Assembly (NCBI GenBank): GCA_963675515.1
Contig: OY776328.1
Location: 2,520,001-2,552,000 of the forward strand
Reading direction: 5' to 3'
Source: Coprobacillaceae bacterium
GTDB taxonomy: Bacteria > Bacillota_I > Bacilli_A > Erysipelotrichales > Coprobacillaceae
Length of the DNA: 32,000 bases
Each line of letters starts with the position of its first letter. The first letter of the stretch is position 1. Both the position numbers and the translations under genes were made by a program. Of this stretch, positions 9,875 through 19,952 are shown piece by piece. The notes below the pieces were generated by a model. That model did no database searches, had not been told where the DNA came from, and saw nothing but the letters and a program-made list of their open reading frames with translations.

Positions 9875-10322
9875 TCATATTTTCTCAGTAGCCGTCTTGA
9901 TATCAACAAGATCTTCCATCAATGCATTGTTAATGCTTTTTAGCATCAATCGACCAAAAACAAGGTTCATCAACTTAGCCATAACGGTCATGGCTTGACC
10001 CTCAAATGTCATAGTCAAACGACTGCCGCTTTTAGAAGTAGAAATCTTGAAATGAGTTTTGTAGATAGCACCATGACTTTCTGCCCGGGTACTGTAAGAA
10101 TCATTTTCAATCGCATCGGTAATCCACATCACCCCAGTAGCTTCTTTTCCATACATTACTCTAGTTTCACGCCACTTCAATCCGACAAATTTACCATCAG
10201 GTTTTCAAGTATCCCGATTTTCATGATCCTTTAATATCATTCTTAGAACCTTCGATATCAGTGATTACCTACCAGATATCTTCCTGTGAGGCATCAATAT
10301 CGATATGTACTTCTGCTTCCAT
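9875..10322 (-). pseudogene. Decayed SRPBCC (polyketide cyclase/START-like) gene
   Basis: AAAGGAAG RBS plus the ATG at 10322 give MEAEVHIDIDASQEDIW, then an in-frame TAG, then VITDIEGSKNDIKG. Two frame changes follow (one in the run GAAAACC) before the 101-aa tail (..KPDGKFVGLKWRETRVMYGKEATG...). Confidence 0.65.
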
Positions 10323-10357
10323 ACACCAGCTTCCTTTCTGTTAGTTTGTAACGGAAC

Positions 10358-10398
10358 ACAGCAAGAGTAGTAATTTTGGAATTACATACTCTTGCTGT
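10358..10398 (-). terminator. Long hairpin between the VOC-like gene and the SRPBCC pseudogene
   Basis: ACAGCAAGAGTAGTAATT - ttgg - AATTACATACTCTTGCTGT forms an ~18-bp stem with one bulge. There is no clean T-tract on the minus strand, so terminator function is uncertain. Confidence 0.4.
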
Positions 10399-10417
10399 AA
10401 ATTTTCTAATATTATGG

Positions 10418-10545
10418 TTATTCTTGAGGAATTTGGAAATTGAAGCTCCAGTGGATTCCAAACTTGTCATTCAGGGATCCAAATATCGCGCCCCAGAATT
10501 CTTCTTTGAGAGGTTGGATAACTGTACCACCTTCAGAAAGTTTTT
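10418..10545 (-). pseudogene. C-terminal fragment of a PhnB/VOC (glyoxalase-fold, DUF-type 3-demethylubiquinone methyltransferase-like) gene split by ISL3
   Basis: It encodes ..(K)LSEGGTVIQPLKEEFWGAIFGSLNDKFGIHWSFNFQIPQE*, a typical PhnB-like C-terminus. It abuts the IS end at 10546. Confidence 0.75.
10538..10545. repeat. Target-site duplication AAGTTTTT (left copy) of the ISL3 insertion
   Basis: The identical 8-mer occurs immediately outside both IS ends (10538-10545 and 11920-11927). Confidence 0.85.
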
Positions 10546-11919
10546 GGCTCTTCGCTGTTTGGTGTGGGTAGCTACCATTAACCCTTTGCGACAACCGCTT
10601 CAAGATTGAGCTTTCCACACACCAAATATATCAGTGTTTTGAAGTATTCGTCATTCCGAAATCCTCTTGCCCTGGTCTTGATGTTTTGGATAATACTATT
10701 CATTCCTTCTAGAATTGCATTGGTGTACCTGAACCTGAAATAGTTGAGAATCTCCTCCCAGTGATTACGGATTAACTTCGCGAATTTCTTCATTGGTTCG
10801 AGTCTGGAATGCATCATCCATGAGCACAGTTTTTTGAGTCCTCTGGTTGCCTCTTCAACGGTGTCGCTGGATTCATAAACATCTTGTAGTGCGAGTCGCA
10901 TATTGTATGCTCGGGCTGTCTTAAGGTTTAACTTGGCTAAATCAAATTTCTTCTGCTTTTGATTCTCGGTCAAGTTACTCTCATTCTTTAACCAGATGTA
11001 CTTGGTTTTCTTTAATAAGAAATTGGTGCGCACTTCATCTTTACGGACTTTGTCTACTGCCTCGTTGGCGTGTTTTACTACATGAAATTTATCGATAACA
11101 GTATTGCTGTTTTTGAAATTTTCTTTGATACCTTTTTTGAAGCCTAACGACATGTCGCAAGTAATGATATTGATAAGCTCTGGATCACCACCGTGTTCCT
11201 TGAAGTCCACGACGAAATTATCAACTGTTTTAGAGTCTTTTCCCGGGGTAACGTTGATTACCTTGCGTTTGGCGAGATCAACGGCAACAGTGATGTAATT
11301 ATGGCCTCTCTTGCTTGTTTCGTCGATACCGATGGCTGTAACATCTGAATAATCTTCGAGTTTACGGGCTTCATTGACGTAATGCTTGATGAAGCGCCAC
11401 AGCCGCGTATCATGTTCGTCGATCATTTGAGCAATGCGAGAAACCGGAAGATGCTTAGCCAACTCTACTACCCAACCTTCAAAAAGCAGGGTAAAACCTG
11501 ATCCCGGTCTTGCCCATGGCACTTGAACAGTTTGAGGCCCGTGATCATTGCAATTTACCCGTGGCAAATCAGCATGGATGAATGTCTTGTACTGGAAGAA
11601 ATTAAGATGTCTCCAGGTCCTTTTGGTTGTATCGTATGCAGTTCCAATTTCTTTACAACCATCAACCGGACAAGGGAATTTACCGCCTTTGGTGAAACTG
11701 ATATTTATATGCAATTCCATGCCTTTGTCGGTATCCAGAAAATTGACATCAGAAACAGTCCAAGGTTCACCTAAGTTAAGAGCTTTTGTAAATAAGTCCA
11801 AAGTATCCATAATCATTACCTCGTTATCGTTAGTAGTTTATGGATACAATTTTAGGTCATTTTAACTAGAAGCACAAGGGGCTATACTCCTGCTTACCCA
11901 TAGTAAACAGCGAAAGGCC
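10546..11919 (-). mobile_element. ISL3-family insertion sequence (1374 bp)
   Basis: Terminal imperfect inverted repeats GGCTCTTCGCTGTTT... (10546-) and ...AAACAGCGAAAGGCC (-11919). Single transposase ORF. 8-bp direct duplication of the target. Confidence 0.88.
10578..11816 (-). CDS. ISL3-family transposase
   Basis: N-terminal zinc-finger region (CPVDGC...WRHLNFFQY) and an ISL3 DDE core (GIDETSKRGHNY..., CDMSLGFKKG, NAILEGMNSIIQNIKTRARGFRN). The start may instead be the ATG at 11810, which has better spacing from GAGG. Confidence 0.9.
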   Translation of the reverse strand: MIMDTLDLFTKALNLGEPWTVSDVNFLDTDKGMELHINISFTKGGKFPCPVDGCKEIGTAYDTTKRTWRHLNFFQYKTFIHADLPRVNCNDHGPQTVQVPWARPGSGFTLLFEGWVVELAKHLPVSRIAQMIDEHDTRLWRFIKHYVNEARKLEDYSDVTAIGIDETSKRGHNYITVAVDLAKRKVINVTPGKDSKTVDNFVVDFKEHGGDPELINIITCDMSLGFKKGIKENFKNSNTVIDKFHVVKHANEAVDKVRKDEVRTNFLLKKTKYIWLKNESNLTENQKQKKFDLAKLNLKTARAYNMRLALQDVYESSDTVEEATRGLKKLCSWMMHSRLEPMKKFAKLIRNHWEEILNYFRFRYTNAILEGMNSIIQNIKTRARGFRNDEYFKTLIYLVCGKLNLEAVVAKG

Positions 11920-11927
11920 AAGTTTTT
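11920..11927. repeat. Target-site duplication AAGTTTTT (right copy) of the ISL3 insertion
   Basis: See the left copy at 10538-10545. Confidence 0.85.
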
Positions 11928-12216
11928 CAAACAGTTCATATAACGATTCCTTTGAGTCCGGACCAAGATTGAAGGAGATATTCTCCGTGTAGCTAACTTT
12001 GACACCAGGGAATGCATCACTGATATATATCATTCCACCTGGAAATGACAATTCCGCATGTAAGATTTTGTCTTCGTAACCAGGAGGAACATCCATTCCT
12101 TGAGCTTCGCTATAGCGCATTACCACAGGTTCTTTTTGAGCACCCAGTACTTCTCCATAGAACGAAATTGCTTCAGCTGCCTTGCCTTCAAACATGATAT
12201 ATGGAACAAACAACAT
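11920..12216 (-). pseudogene. N-terminal fragment of the same PhnB/VOC-like gene
   Basis: AAAGGTGG RBS plus the ATG at 12216. It encodes MLFVPYIMFEGKAAEAISFYGEVLGA...ISFNLGPDSKESLYELFEKL, then reading runs into the IS end. Confidence 0.75.
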
Positions 12217-12260
12217 AATATCAACCACCTTTCTTTCCCAATGTATTTTTTATATATAAA

Positions 12261-12289
12261 TTATGATACATGCAACCCATATTGTCAAC
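12261..12289 (-). promoter_or_regulatory. Candidate sigma-A promoter of the VOC-like gene
   Basis: On the minus strand: TTGACA (12289-12284), a 17-nt spacer, then CATAAT (12266-12261). Confidence 0.45.
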
Positions 12290-12670
12290 AGAACTGCAAT
12301 ATAGAATCATTTTATGTTGACAAGCTTAAATGTTTGAGTCAAATAGAGTGGCGCCGACATTCAGGTAGTGTGATGTTTATGAGATTCTTAGCATACAAAA
12401 AGGAATACCGCGACCTCTATTTTTGTCTTAGTATTCCTAGTTTTGTATTATATAAGTAGGAGATATGTTGGCAATCCTGAATGGCTTGAAATCGGTTATC
12501 GTAGTTATTCTACGTTTTCAGGATCGATATTCAACAGTCGCTCCGGAATGGATGCATATACATGTAAGATAATAATTTATTCTCTCCGGTAATTGTCAAG
12601 TATGTTGTCAGTAATTTTTCTATTTTTTCTATTTAGTACAACATTATTTACTTGCTGTCAATAATGCATT

Positions 12671-13738
12671 CTATAGCTTCCGCTCGGGATTTAAGAATAC
12701 TTCGGTCGGTAAGGACCAATCTCTTGTATTTCGGCCATTCCATCTTTCCGGGTGAGCGGCTCTTGCAACTTCATAAACCTCGCGACGTTTCTCCATAATC
12801 TTATCACCTTCACCACTATGACGTTGTGCGGGTGTAAGAAATTTGATGCCGCTATGATGATGTTCATGACGATACCAACTGACAAAATCAGCGCACCATG
12901 AGCGAGCCTCAGAGAGACTGCCAAATCCCTTAGGCTGGTAATTTGGCCTGTATTTGAGCGTCTTGAAAAGACTCTCCGCAAATGGATTGTCATTGCTTAC
13001 TCTTGGACGGCTGTTTGATGGTGTAATCCCAAGCTGATATAGTGTCGCAAGCATTGTTGCGCCTTTCATGGGGCTGCCGTTATCAGAATGCAAGACAAGA
13101 GGGTCAGTTGATAGTACGCGCTGAGCCAAAGCGGTTCGCTTTATGAGTTCACTGGCATGTTCAGCGGATTCCTCTTCCCATACTTCCCACCCCACAATGT
13201 CCCGGCTATATAAGTCTGATATCATGTATAGATAGTAGAAAGTTCCCTTAATGGGGCCGTTCAAATATGTAATATCCCACATCCAAATTTGATTGGGAGC
13301 ACTTGCGACATGCGTGGACATTTGGTGCTTTTTGGGCTCTGCTGATCTTCCTCTATGGTTCTGCATTTTCATTTCTCTTAGAAGTCTATAAAACGTTGAT
13401 TCTGAGGCGATATACTCCCCATTGTCTGCAAGGGCAGGAACTATTTCACACGGAGGCATACTGGCATACTCGGGCTGATTTACCGTTTCAATAATCTTCT
13501 CCCGTTCCTGTTTTGTGAGTTTATTTGCAGGTTCAGGGCGTTTGACAATTGGCCTTAAATCTTCGATCGTGCCCATGGTGCTTAATTGCTTAATCCAACG
13601 ATAATAAGTCCGCTCCGTAATTCCGATTTCCTTACATGCTTCAAAGAGTTTTGCGCCACATTTAACTGCGGCATCGATTAGTTCAATGGCTCTACTGCGA
13701 TCTGAGGAACTAATCATTCTTCCTCGGGATCCCCCCAA
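12671..13738 (-). CDS. IS3-family transposase OrfB (integrase-core DDE domain), expressed as an OrfAB fusion by -1 frameshift
   Basis: DDE-type motifs WMWDITYL, LVLHSDNGSPM, RPRVSNDNPFAESLFKTLKY. The frame is -1 relative to orfA and overlaps it. Confidence 0.88.
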   Translation of the reverse strand: MGGSRGRMISSSDRSRAIELIDAAVKCGAKLFEACKEIGITERTYYRWIKQLSTMGTIEDLRPIVKRPEPANKLTKQEREKIIETVNQPEYASMPPCEIVPALADNGEYIASESTFYRLLREMKMQNHRGRSAEPKKHQMSTHVASAPNQIWMWDITYLNGPIKGTFYYLYMISDLYSRDIVGWEVWEEESAEHASELIKRTALAQRVLSTDPLVLHSDNGSPMKGATMLATLYQLGITPSNSRPRVSNDNPFAESLFKTLKYRPNYQPKGFGSLSEARSWCADFVSWYRHEHHHSGIKFLTPAQRHSGEGDKIMEKRREVYEVARAAHPERWNGRNTRDWSLPTEVFLNPERKL

Positions 13739-14208
13739 ATCGCATCTGCCTTTTTTCTTAATACAAGAAGAGCGGCAGTTTCAGCAAGTGCCTTTTCCTT
13801 TCTCGACAATTCTTTTTCCAAACGCTTGTTTTCCTTCTCGGAATCTTTCAATTGTCTATTCAAGCGCGCCGCTTCCTGAGCGATGCCTCCATTGGCATTC
13901 ATACAGGCGTCTTTCCAAGCCAAGATTTGTTCAACATAAAGGCCTTTCTTACGCGCGTAGTCAGCAAGCTCCGTTTCATTCATGCTTGCAGTTTCAACAA
14001 CAATCAAGAATTTATCCTGAGTACGCCATTGTTCAGAGCCGGAATCGTTACCCGGGACAGCAAGTCCCTCGGCTCTGGCCTTATTTCTCCAGTTTCGAAT
14101 TGTTTGTTCCGAGATTCCTTCTTCCTTTGAAATCTTACTGATCGATTCATTATTAGGCGGAAGCATTCTCCGAATGATTGAGTCTTTAAATTCCTTGCTA
14201 TATTTCAT
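13714..14208 (-). CDS. IS3-family transposase OrfA (HTH / leucine-zipper)
   Basis: GAAGGAG RBS before the ATG at 14208. MKYSKEFKDSIIRRML...ISKEEGISEQTIRNWRNK followed by a coiled-coil (LEKELSRKEKALAETAALLVLRKK). Confidence 0.88.
   Translation of the reverse strand: MKYSKEFKDSIIRRMLPPNNESISKISKEEGISEQTIRNWRNKARAEGLAVPGNDSGSEQWRTQDKFLIVVETASMNETELADYARKKGLYVEQILAWKDACMNANGGIAQEAARLNRQLKDSEKENKRLEKELSRKEKALAETAALLVLRKKADAIWGDPEEE
13750..13756 (-). other. Programmed -1 ribosomal frameshift heptamer A AAA AAG of IS3 copy 1
   Basis: The minus strand reads agA AAA AAG gca in the orfA frame. A -1 slip continues into the orfB frame (..KKGRCDLGGSRGRMISS..). Confidence 0.75.
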
Positions 14209-14637
14209 AGTATCAGCTCCTTCTTTGCGGTATCTATATACTACCACAAATATATTTATCCTTCACTGACAACTATCCTAACATACAGGGTCTCGTACTC
14301 AATAGCAACGAGCTGAAACCGTAGCAACCTGGGACTAGCAAAGAACTTGCACCGGTTCTAGTTACGATAAATGGTCAGCACCTATAATGAAGCTACTGCA
14401 GGGTATGCCCTTGCTTTTATCGAAGCACGCTCTCACACTAAAGGGTAAATGGGCCGGTAACCCATTTGAACTGATTGACCGAAGGAGCAAATCAGGCGAG
14501 ATCTTTATGGCACACTTTACTGATCAGGAACAGTGTAGTGTACCACAACGCAGTTTTAAAAAAATATATATGTTTGCTCTAGTGGTTCTTCTTTGACAAA
14601 TCACACAGCCCTTTTCTTGACAAAATAACTCAAACAA

Positions 14638-16176
<1,539 letters not shown>

Positions 16177-17490
16177 CTATTCTTCAGTAATTGCGACTTG
16201 CTCTATTTCAGCAACTGCTTGTTTATTTGATAGCGATACAAACGGTAACCAAACAAAGAATGTAACAACCAAAATAATTGCCTGAATTATAATGCCATTA
16301 AATCCATAACTTATAAACCCAGTTATAAATACCGGTAACCCTGGCGGGCAATCAATAATACCACACGAGATAAAACCAATATTTGTTGCAAAAATCGCAA
16401 TTAATGCCGCAATGGCGGAATTGCAAATAAACGGGATAGCGAAAATCGGATTCAATACCAAAGGTAAACCAAAAATTACCGGTTCGTTTATTCCGCAAAT
16501 CCCAGGGACAAGTGCAAATTTTGCAATCGCTTTATGATCATCCCTTTTTGAGAACAAGAATATGGCTATCAGCAAAGATAATGTAATACCACCTCCACCA
16601 ACTACAACAAAACTTGTCCAGAATCCGCGAGTTAAAATGTTAGTTGCAATTCCACCAGCAGAAACGACAGCGATATTATCAGCAAGTCCCGCAGCTGAAA
16701 GAGGTCCTCTTATGCCTTCAATGACCATACCACCATGGATACCAAGGAACCAGAACATTTGATTGACAAGAGATAACACCACAATCCCTATAGTAGTATT
16801 TGCCAATGCCAACAACGGCGCTTGAATGATATTATAAATCCAGACATTTAGATAATAACCTGTAATTGATTCAAACAAAACGCCAAAAATCCCAAATGTT
16901 GCTATGATTATAAAAATTGGTATTAAAATATTAAATGAACGTGCAATCCCTTCTGGAACTGAATCCGGCATCTTAATTTTAATCGCATCTAATTTTGTCA
17001 ACGCTTTAAAAAATTCAACAGCTACTATTGACATAATCATGGCAACAAAAAGCCCTTGCGCTCCTATTACACCCGTTCCCAAACCACGAGCAACAACCGG
17101 ATCCTGTACTCCTTCAACAATTACACTAATTGTATTGGGACATACCGCTAAGTATGCCAATAAACCTAGCAACCCACTTTCAAGAATCGGTAATCTTTCT
17201 CTCTCGCCTAATTTGGCACCAACCAAAAATGAGATTGGAACTGCCATAAACGAAATTGTAACGAAGTTCATTGCCGTAAAAGCTGGTGATAAATTTGTTA
17301 GCCAAGGCAACCATTGTGCTAAACCATTTGACCCGGATACTAATATACTAAGTATGATCCCAAAAGATCCAATAATAATGAATGGAACATACATTGTGAA
17401 TGCATCTTTTACTGAACCGAGATATTTGTTTGTTTCAACTTTAGCAGAAAATGCTAACAAACCATTTTGCAATTTTTCAGATAATTTCAT
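16177..17490 (-). CDS. PTS EIIC component, lactose/cellobiose family
   Basis: AGGAGAGG RBS before the ATG at 17490. ~10 TM helices and a family-typical start (MKLSEKLQNGLLAFSAKVETNKYLGSVKDAF). There is no adjacent EIIA or EIIB gene. Confidence 0.85.
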   Translation of the reverse strand: MKLSEKLQNGLLAFSAKVETNKYLGSVKDAFTMYVPFIIIGSFGIILSILVSGSNGLAQWLPWLTNLSPAFTAMNFVTISFMAVPISFLVGAKLGERERLPILESGLLGLLAYLAVCPNTISVIVEGVQDPVVARGLGTGVIGAQGLFVAMIMSIVAVEFFKALTKLDAIKIKMPDSVPEGIARSFNILIPIFIIIATFGIFGVLFESITGYYLNVWIYNIIQAPLLALANTTIGIVVLSLVNQMFWFLGIHGGMVIEGIRGPLSAAGLADNIAVVSAGGIATNILTRGFWTSFVVVGGGGITLSLLIAIFLFSKRDDHKAIAKFALVPGICGINEPVIFGLPLVLNPIFAIPFICNSAIAALIAIFATNIGFISCGIIDCPPGLPVFITGFISYGFNGIIIQAIILVVTFFVWLPFVSLSNKQAVAEIEQVAITEE

Positions 17491-17584
17491 AATATTTCCT
17501 CTCCTATTCTGAAAAATGTAAGTTTTCATTTCTGCAGTAAACTACTCTCTTATATTCCTCGATGTAATTATACAGGCTAACATT

Positions 17585-17623
17585 ATGGAACTCCATGTTT
17601 ATGATTTCCACTTGATTGTGGAA
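17585..17623. promoter_or_regulatory. Candidate operator half-sites upstream of the EIIC gene promoter
   Basis: Palindrome ATGGAAC-TCCAT (17585-17596) and inverted repeat TTCCAC-n6-GTGGAA (17606-17623). A minus-strand TATAAT at 17572-17567 has a poor -35, which fits an activator-dependent promoter. Confidence 0.35.
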
Positions 17624-17627
17624 CTTT

Positions 17628-17662
17628 GCAAAAAAGAGAAAAAGCTCATCGCCTTCTCTCTT
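17628..17662 (-). terminator. Weak A/U-rich hairpin plus T-run after the regulator gene
   Basis: The minus strand reads AAGAGAGAA-ggcgatgagcttt-TTCTCTTTT followed by TT. Confidence 0.35.
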
Positions 17663-17665
17663 GAC

Positions 17666-19582
17666 TCAAATTTCTAAAGAAACTTCAATTTCATCAAATA
17701 TTTTTAATATTTCTTCAAAGCTCTTATGCCTGATTACTCTTTTGACAAATATGGGGTCTTGAATCAAACAAGTTAACTCTTTGAAAAGCTTTAATGTACT
17801 CGAATCTATTGGTTCACCTATTATGGGCAGTATTACTAATTGAATTCTTTTTTCACACCATAGAATAGGTTTTGACAAAACACATATGATAACTCTTGTT
17901 TTAGATTGGCTTACACAATTCAAAGACAACATCACGACCAAATTATCTAGTTCATTACTAACCACCTCGTCGCTATTGATGATAATTTGACTGAGTCCAT
18001 TATCATCAATTGCATTACGAATAATATATGATATGACATCTTCTTTGTTTTTGGCTTTAGAATAGATACACAAATTCTTGTGTAAATAATTTTTTATATT
18101 AAAAGCCTTTTGATTAAGTATATATTTTTCAATTTGTTTTATGTCATGTTCTTTTAAAAAGTAGTTGACTTCAACAGTATTTACTGGGTATTTATTTTTT
18201 AAAGGCATACTTGATATCAATAAATTTATATCAGAAAAGTTGTAATTATTCAGCCCAATATAATCCGTTGTTTTTATCTCGTTAATGTATTTTCCATATA
18301 TGTCCTTTAGTTTATACGCCAAAGTGTGAGCAGTACCTCTCCCTATCCCACTCACAATCAAAACATTTTTTTTATTATTTATTTGTTTGCGTAACAGCGC
18401 CAAATTTATATGTAGCGCTATATATCCTATTTCATCCTCACTTAATCGATTACCATGGTAATCATAAAAGTTTTCACATGCAGTCACTGCCATTTGGTAC
18501 GAAAGAATATTTTGCTGCTTTATTTGATCTATCAAAGGATTGCGAAGAACTACGTTATAGCGCGATCGCACTTCTAATGGTATCAAATGTAACTCTAATT
18601 GTGTATACAATTCATTGTCTTGTGTGAAGTCAAGTTGCCACTTTTTCTTGATATTATTAATCATATTGTTGACCAGTGCAGGGACATCAAAATCTTCGAT
18701 GATTTTATGAATACTTTCATCAGTCTCACGAATTATTCTTTTAGCTGCCAGATGTATGGATAGTGATACTATTTCCTGATCACGCATTTCCACACCTAAT
18801 TCCTCATTTATCATTTTCGCTATTTCAACTGCAACGACGCTTTCCCTCCAATGAGCAATGTCCAAAACCATATCATTAGATGATTTTAGAAACATACCGG
18901 ATTTAATTCTTTTCAAAGAAATAAATATTTGAATAACAAAATTTTGAACTGAAACTTCAGACATTGAAATTTTAAATTGAGTTAGTATTCGATCTACAAT
19001 ATTTTCAATTTTTTTTATTGAATACAGCTCTTCGGCATCATAATGAGTTCCAGGGAACTCTTCTATTTGATAAATGCGAGAAATTTGGATTTCAGCAAGG
19101 CATAATCTTTTATTAAATTCCCTACCATCAACCTTAATTCCATAGTGAGGTTTTTGTGACAATGTTAAATCATATTTTCTTAAAGCTCTACGCACAAACT
19201 TCAAATTTTGCGAAAACACAGATTGGGATACATATAATTTATGACATAAAGTTTCAACTTTAACCCATTCATTTGACTCTAATAAATAATTTAGAATCCA
19301 TTCTTCCCTTTCAACTACACCTTGGATTAAAAATTTATTAGAATGATTAATGGAATTATAAAAATTCACCAACTTTTCTATATCGTTTACCACCAACTTG
19401 AGACCCATTGATGGAACAACTTCAATAAAATTATCTGTGTGTTTCAAATCTTCATTTAAAGATTTTATATCCTTAAGTATAGTTTTGGAGCTAACATTGT
19501 TAAGAGCGCTTAAAGTCTCTGATGTTACATATTCTTCTCTATCTTTCAAATATCTCAATATTTTCTGGCTTCGTGTATTCAT
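17666..19582 (-). CDS. PRD-domain transcriptional regulator (LicR/MtlR/BglG-family activator type: HTH - PRD - PRD - EIIB-like - EIIA-like)
   Basis: N-terminal wHTH (QKILRYLKDREEYVTSETLSALNNVSSKTILKDIKSLN). PRD His contexts SLSIHLAAKRI and YIALHINLALLR. EIIB-like NVLIVSGIGRGTAHTL. C-terminal EIIA-like region. Confidence 0.8.
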   Translation of the reverse strand: MNTRSQKILRYLKDREEYVTSETLSALNNVSSKTILKDIKSLNEDLKHTDNFIEVVPSMGLKLVVNDIEKLVNFYNSINHSNKFLIQGVVEREEWILNYLLESNEWVKVETLCHKLYVSQSVFSQNLKFVRRALRKYDLTLSQKPHYGIKVDGREFNKRLCLAEIQISRIYQIEEFPGTHYDAEELYSIKKIENIVDRILTQFKISMSEVSVQNFVIQIFISLKRIKSGMFLKSSNDMVLDIAHWRESVVAVEIAKMINEELGVEMRDQEIVSLSIHLAAKRIIRETDESIHKIIEDFDVPALVNNMINNIKKKWQLDFTQDNELYTQLELHLIPLEVRSRYNVVLRNPLIDQIKQQNILSYQMAVTACENFYDYHGNRLSEDEIGYIALHINLALLRKQINNKKNVLIVSGIGRGTAHTLAYKLKDIYGKYINEIKTTDYIGLNNYNFSDINLLISSMPLKNKYPVNTVEVNYFLKEHDIKQIEKYILNQKAFNIKNYLHKNLCIYSKAKNKEDVISYIIRNAIDDNGLSQIIINSDEVVSNELDNLVVMLSLNCVSQSKTRVIICVLSKPILWCEKRIQLVILPIIGEPIDSSTLKLFKELTCLIQDPIFVKRVIRHKSFEEILKIFDEIEVSLEI

Positions 19583-19804
19583 GGTTATTTAATTATAGCA
19601 CATTCAGCAGATACATGCTATATAACTATAACTTGTGAAAATGAAGAATATTTCATAATTATTTGTACCCCCGACGCCAACACACCACCTATATAGTAAC
19701 TTCCACTCGCTTCTCCAATTGATATCTTCGATATCAAGCCACCTATTTTCAACCATTTTTTTGCACATGTAAAAAGCCTTTTGCAAAAATCAAACTGTTA
19801 TGCT

Positions 19805-19884
19805 CAATTTATACAAAAAGGCCTTATTAATGTGGGTGTGTTCTTCTTTGTTTCCTAGACATCTTTAAGATCCAATCTACAATG
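19805..19884 (+). repeat. Intergenic repeat, copy C (most diverged)
   Basis: CAATTTATACAAAAAGGCCTTATT...CCTAGACATC... aligns with copies A and B. The shared sequence extends upstream (AAACTGTTATGCT at 19792-19804, matching B at 24052-24065). Confidence 0.6.
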
Positions 19885-19952
19885 AACAAGTAGGCCGGTT
19901 GGGTGATAAATAGCAAACATTATACCTGTTTTTATTAGACTACCTCATTACT

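Larger units (their letters stand above)
12600..14287 (-). mobile_element. IS3-family insertion sequence, copy 1 (ends approximate at the 12600 side)
   Basis: Contains orfA and orfB with an A AAA AAG slippery site. The left IR, read on the minus strand from 14287, is TGTATGTTAGGATAGTTGTCAG. The other end shows only GTATGTTGTCAG (12600-12611). I found no clear target duplication. Confidence 0.75.

Noticed and set aside
12348-12360. 13-mer AGTGGCGCCGACA shared between 12348-12360 and 21093-21105, and other 11-13-nt exact matches such as TAGACATCTTT at 21274 and 19856.
   Set aside because: Matches of this length are expected by chance in a 32-kb window read on both strands, and the flanks do not align.
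14288-14560. Group II intron fragment, or an RNase P-like segment (AAGGGTAAATGGGCCGGTAACCCATTT is vaguely like the GGGTGAAA..GGTGCGGTAAG region).
   Set aside because: There is no domain V-like 34-nt hairpin (GAGCCGTAT...TACGGTTC type), no GTGYG 5' end in a sensible position, no GGAAAGTCC-type RNase P core and no RT/maturase ORF. The resemblance is a few nucleotides only.
17567-17623. Sigma-54 (-24/-12) promoter upstream of the PTS EIIC gene, suggested by the TGGAA motifs.
   Set aside because: The spacing and sequence do not fit TGGCAC-n5-TTGCW, and the adjacent regulator lacks an AAA+ sigma-54 activator domain.
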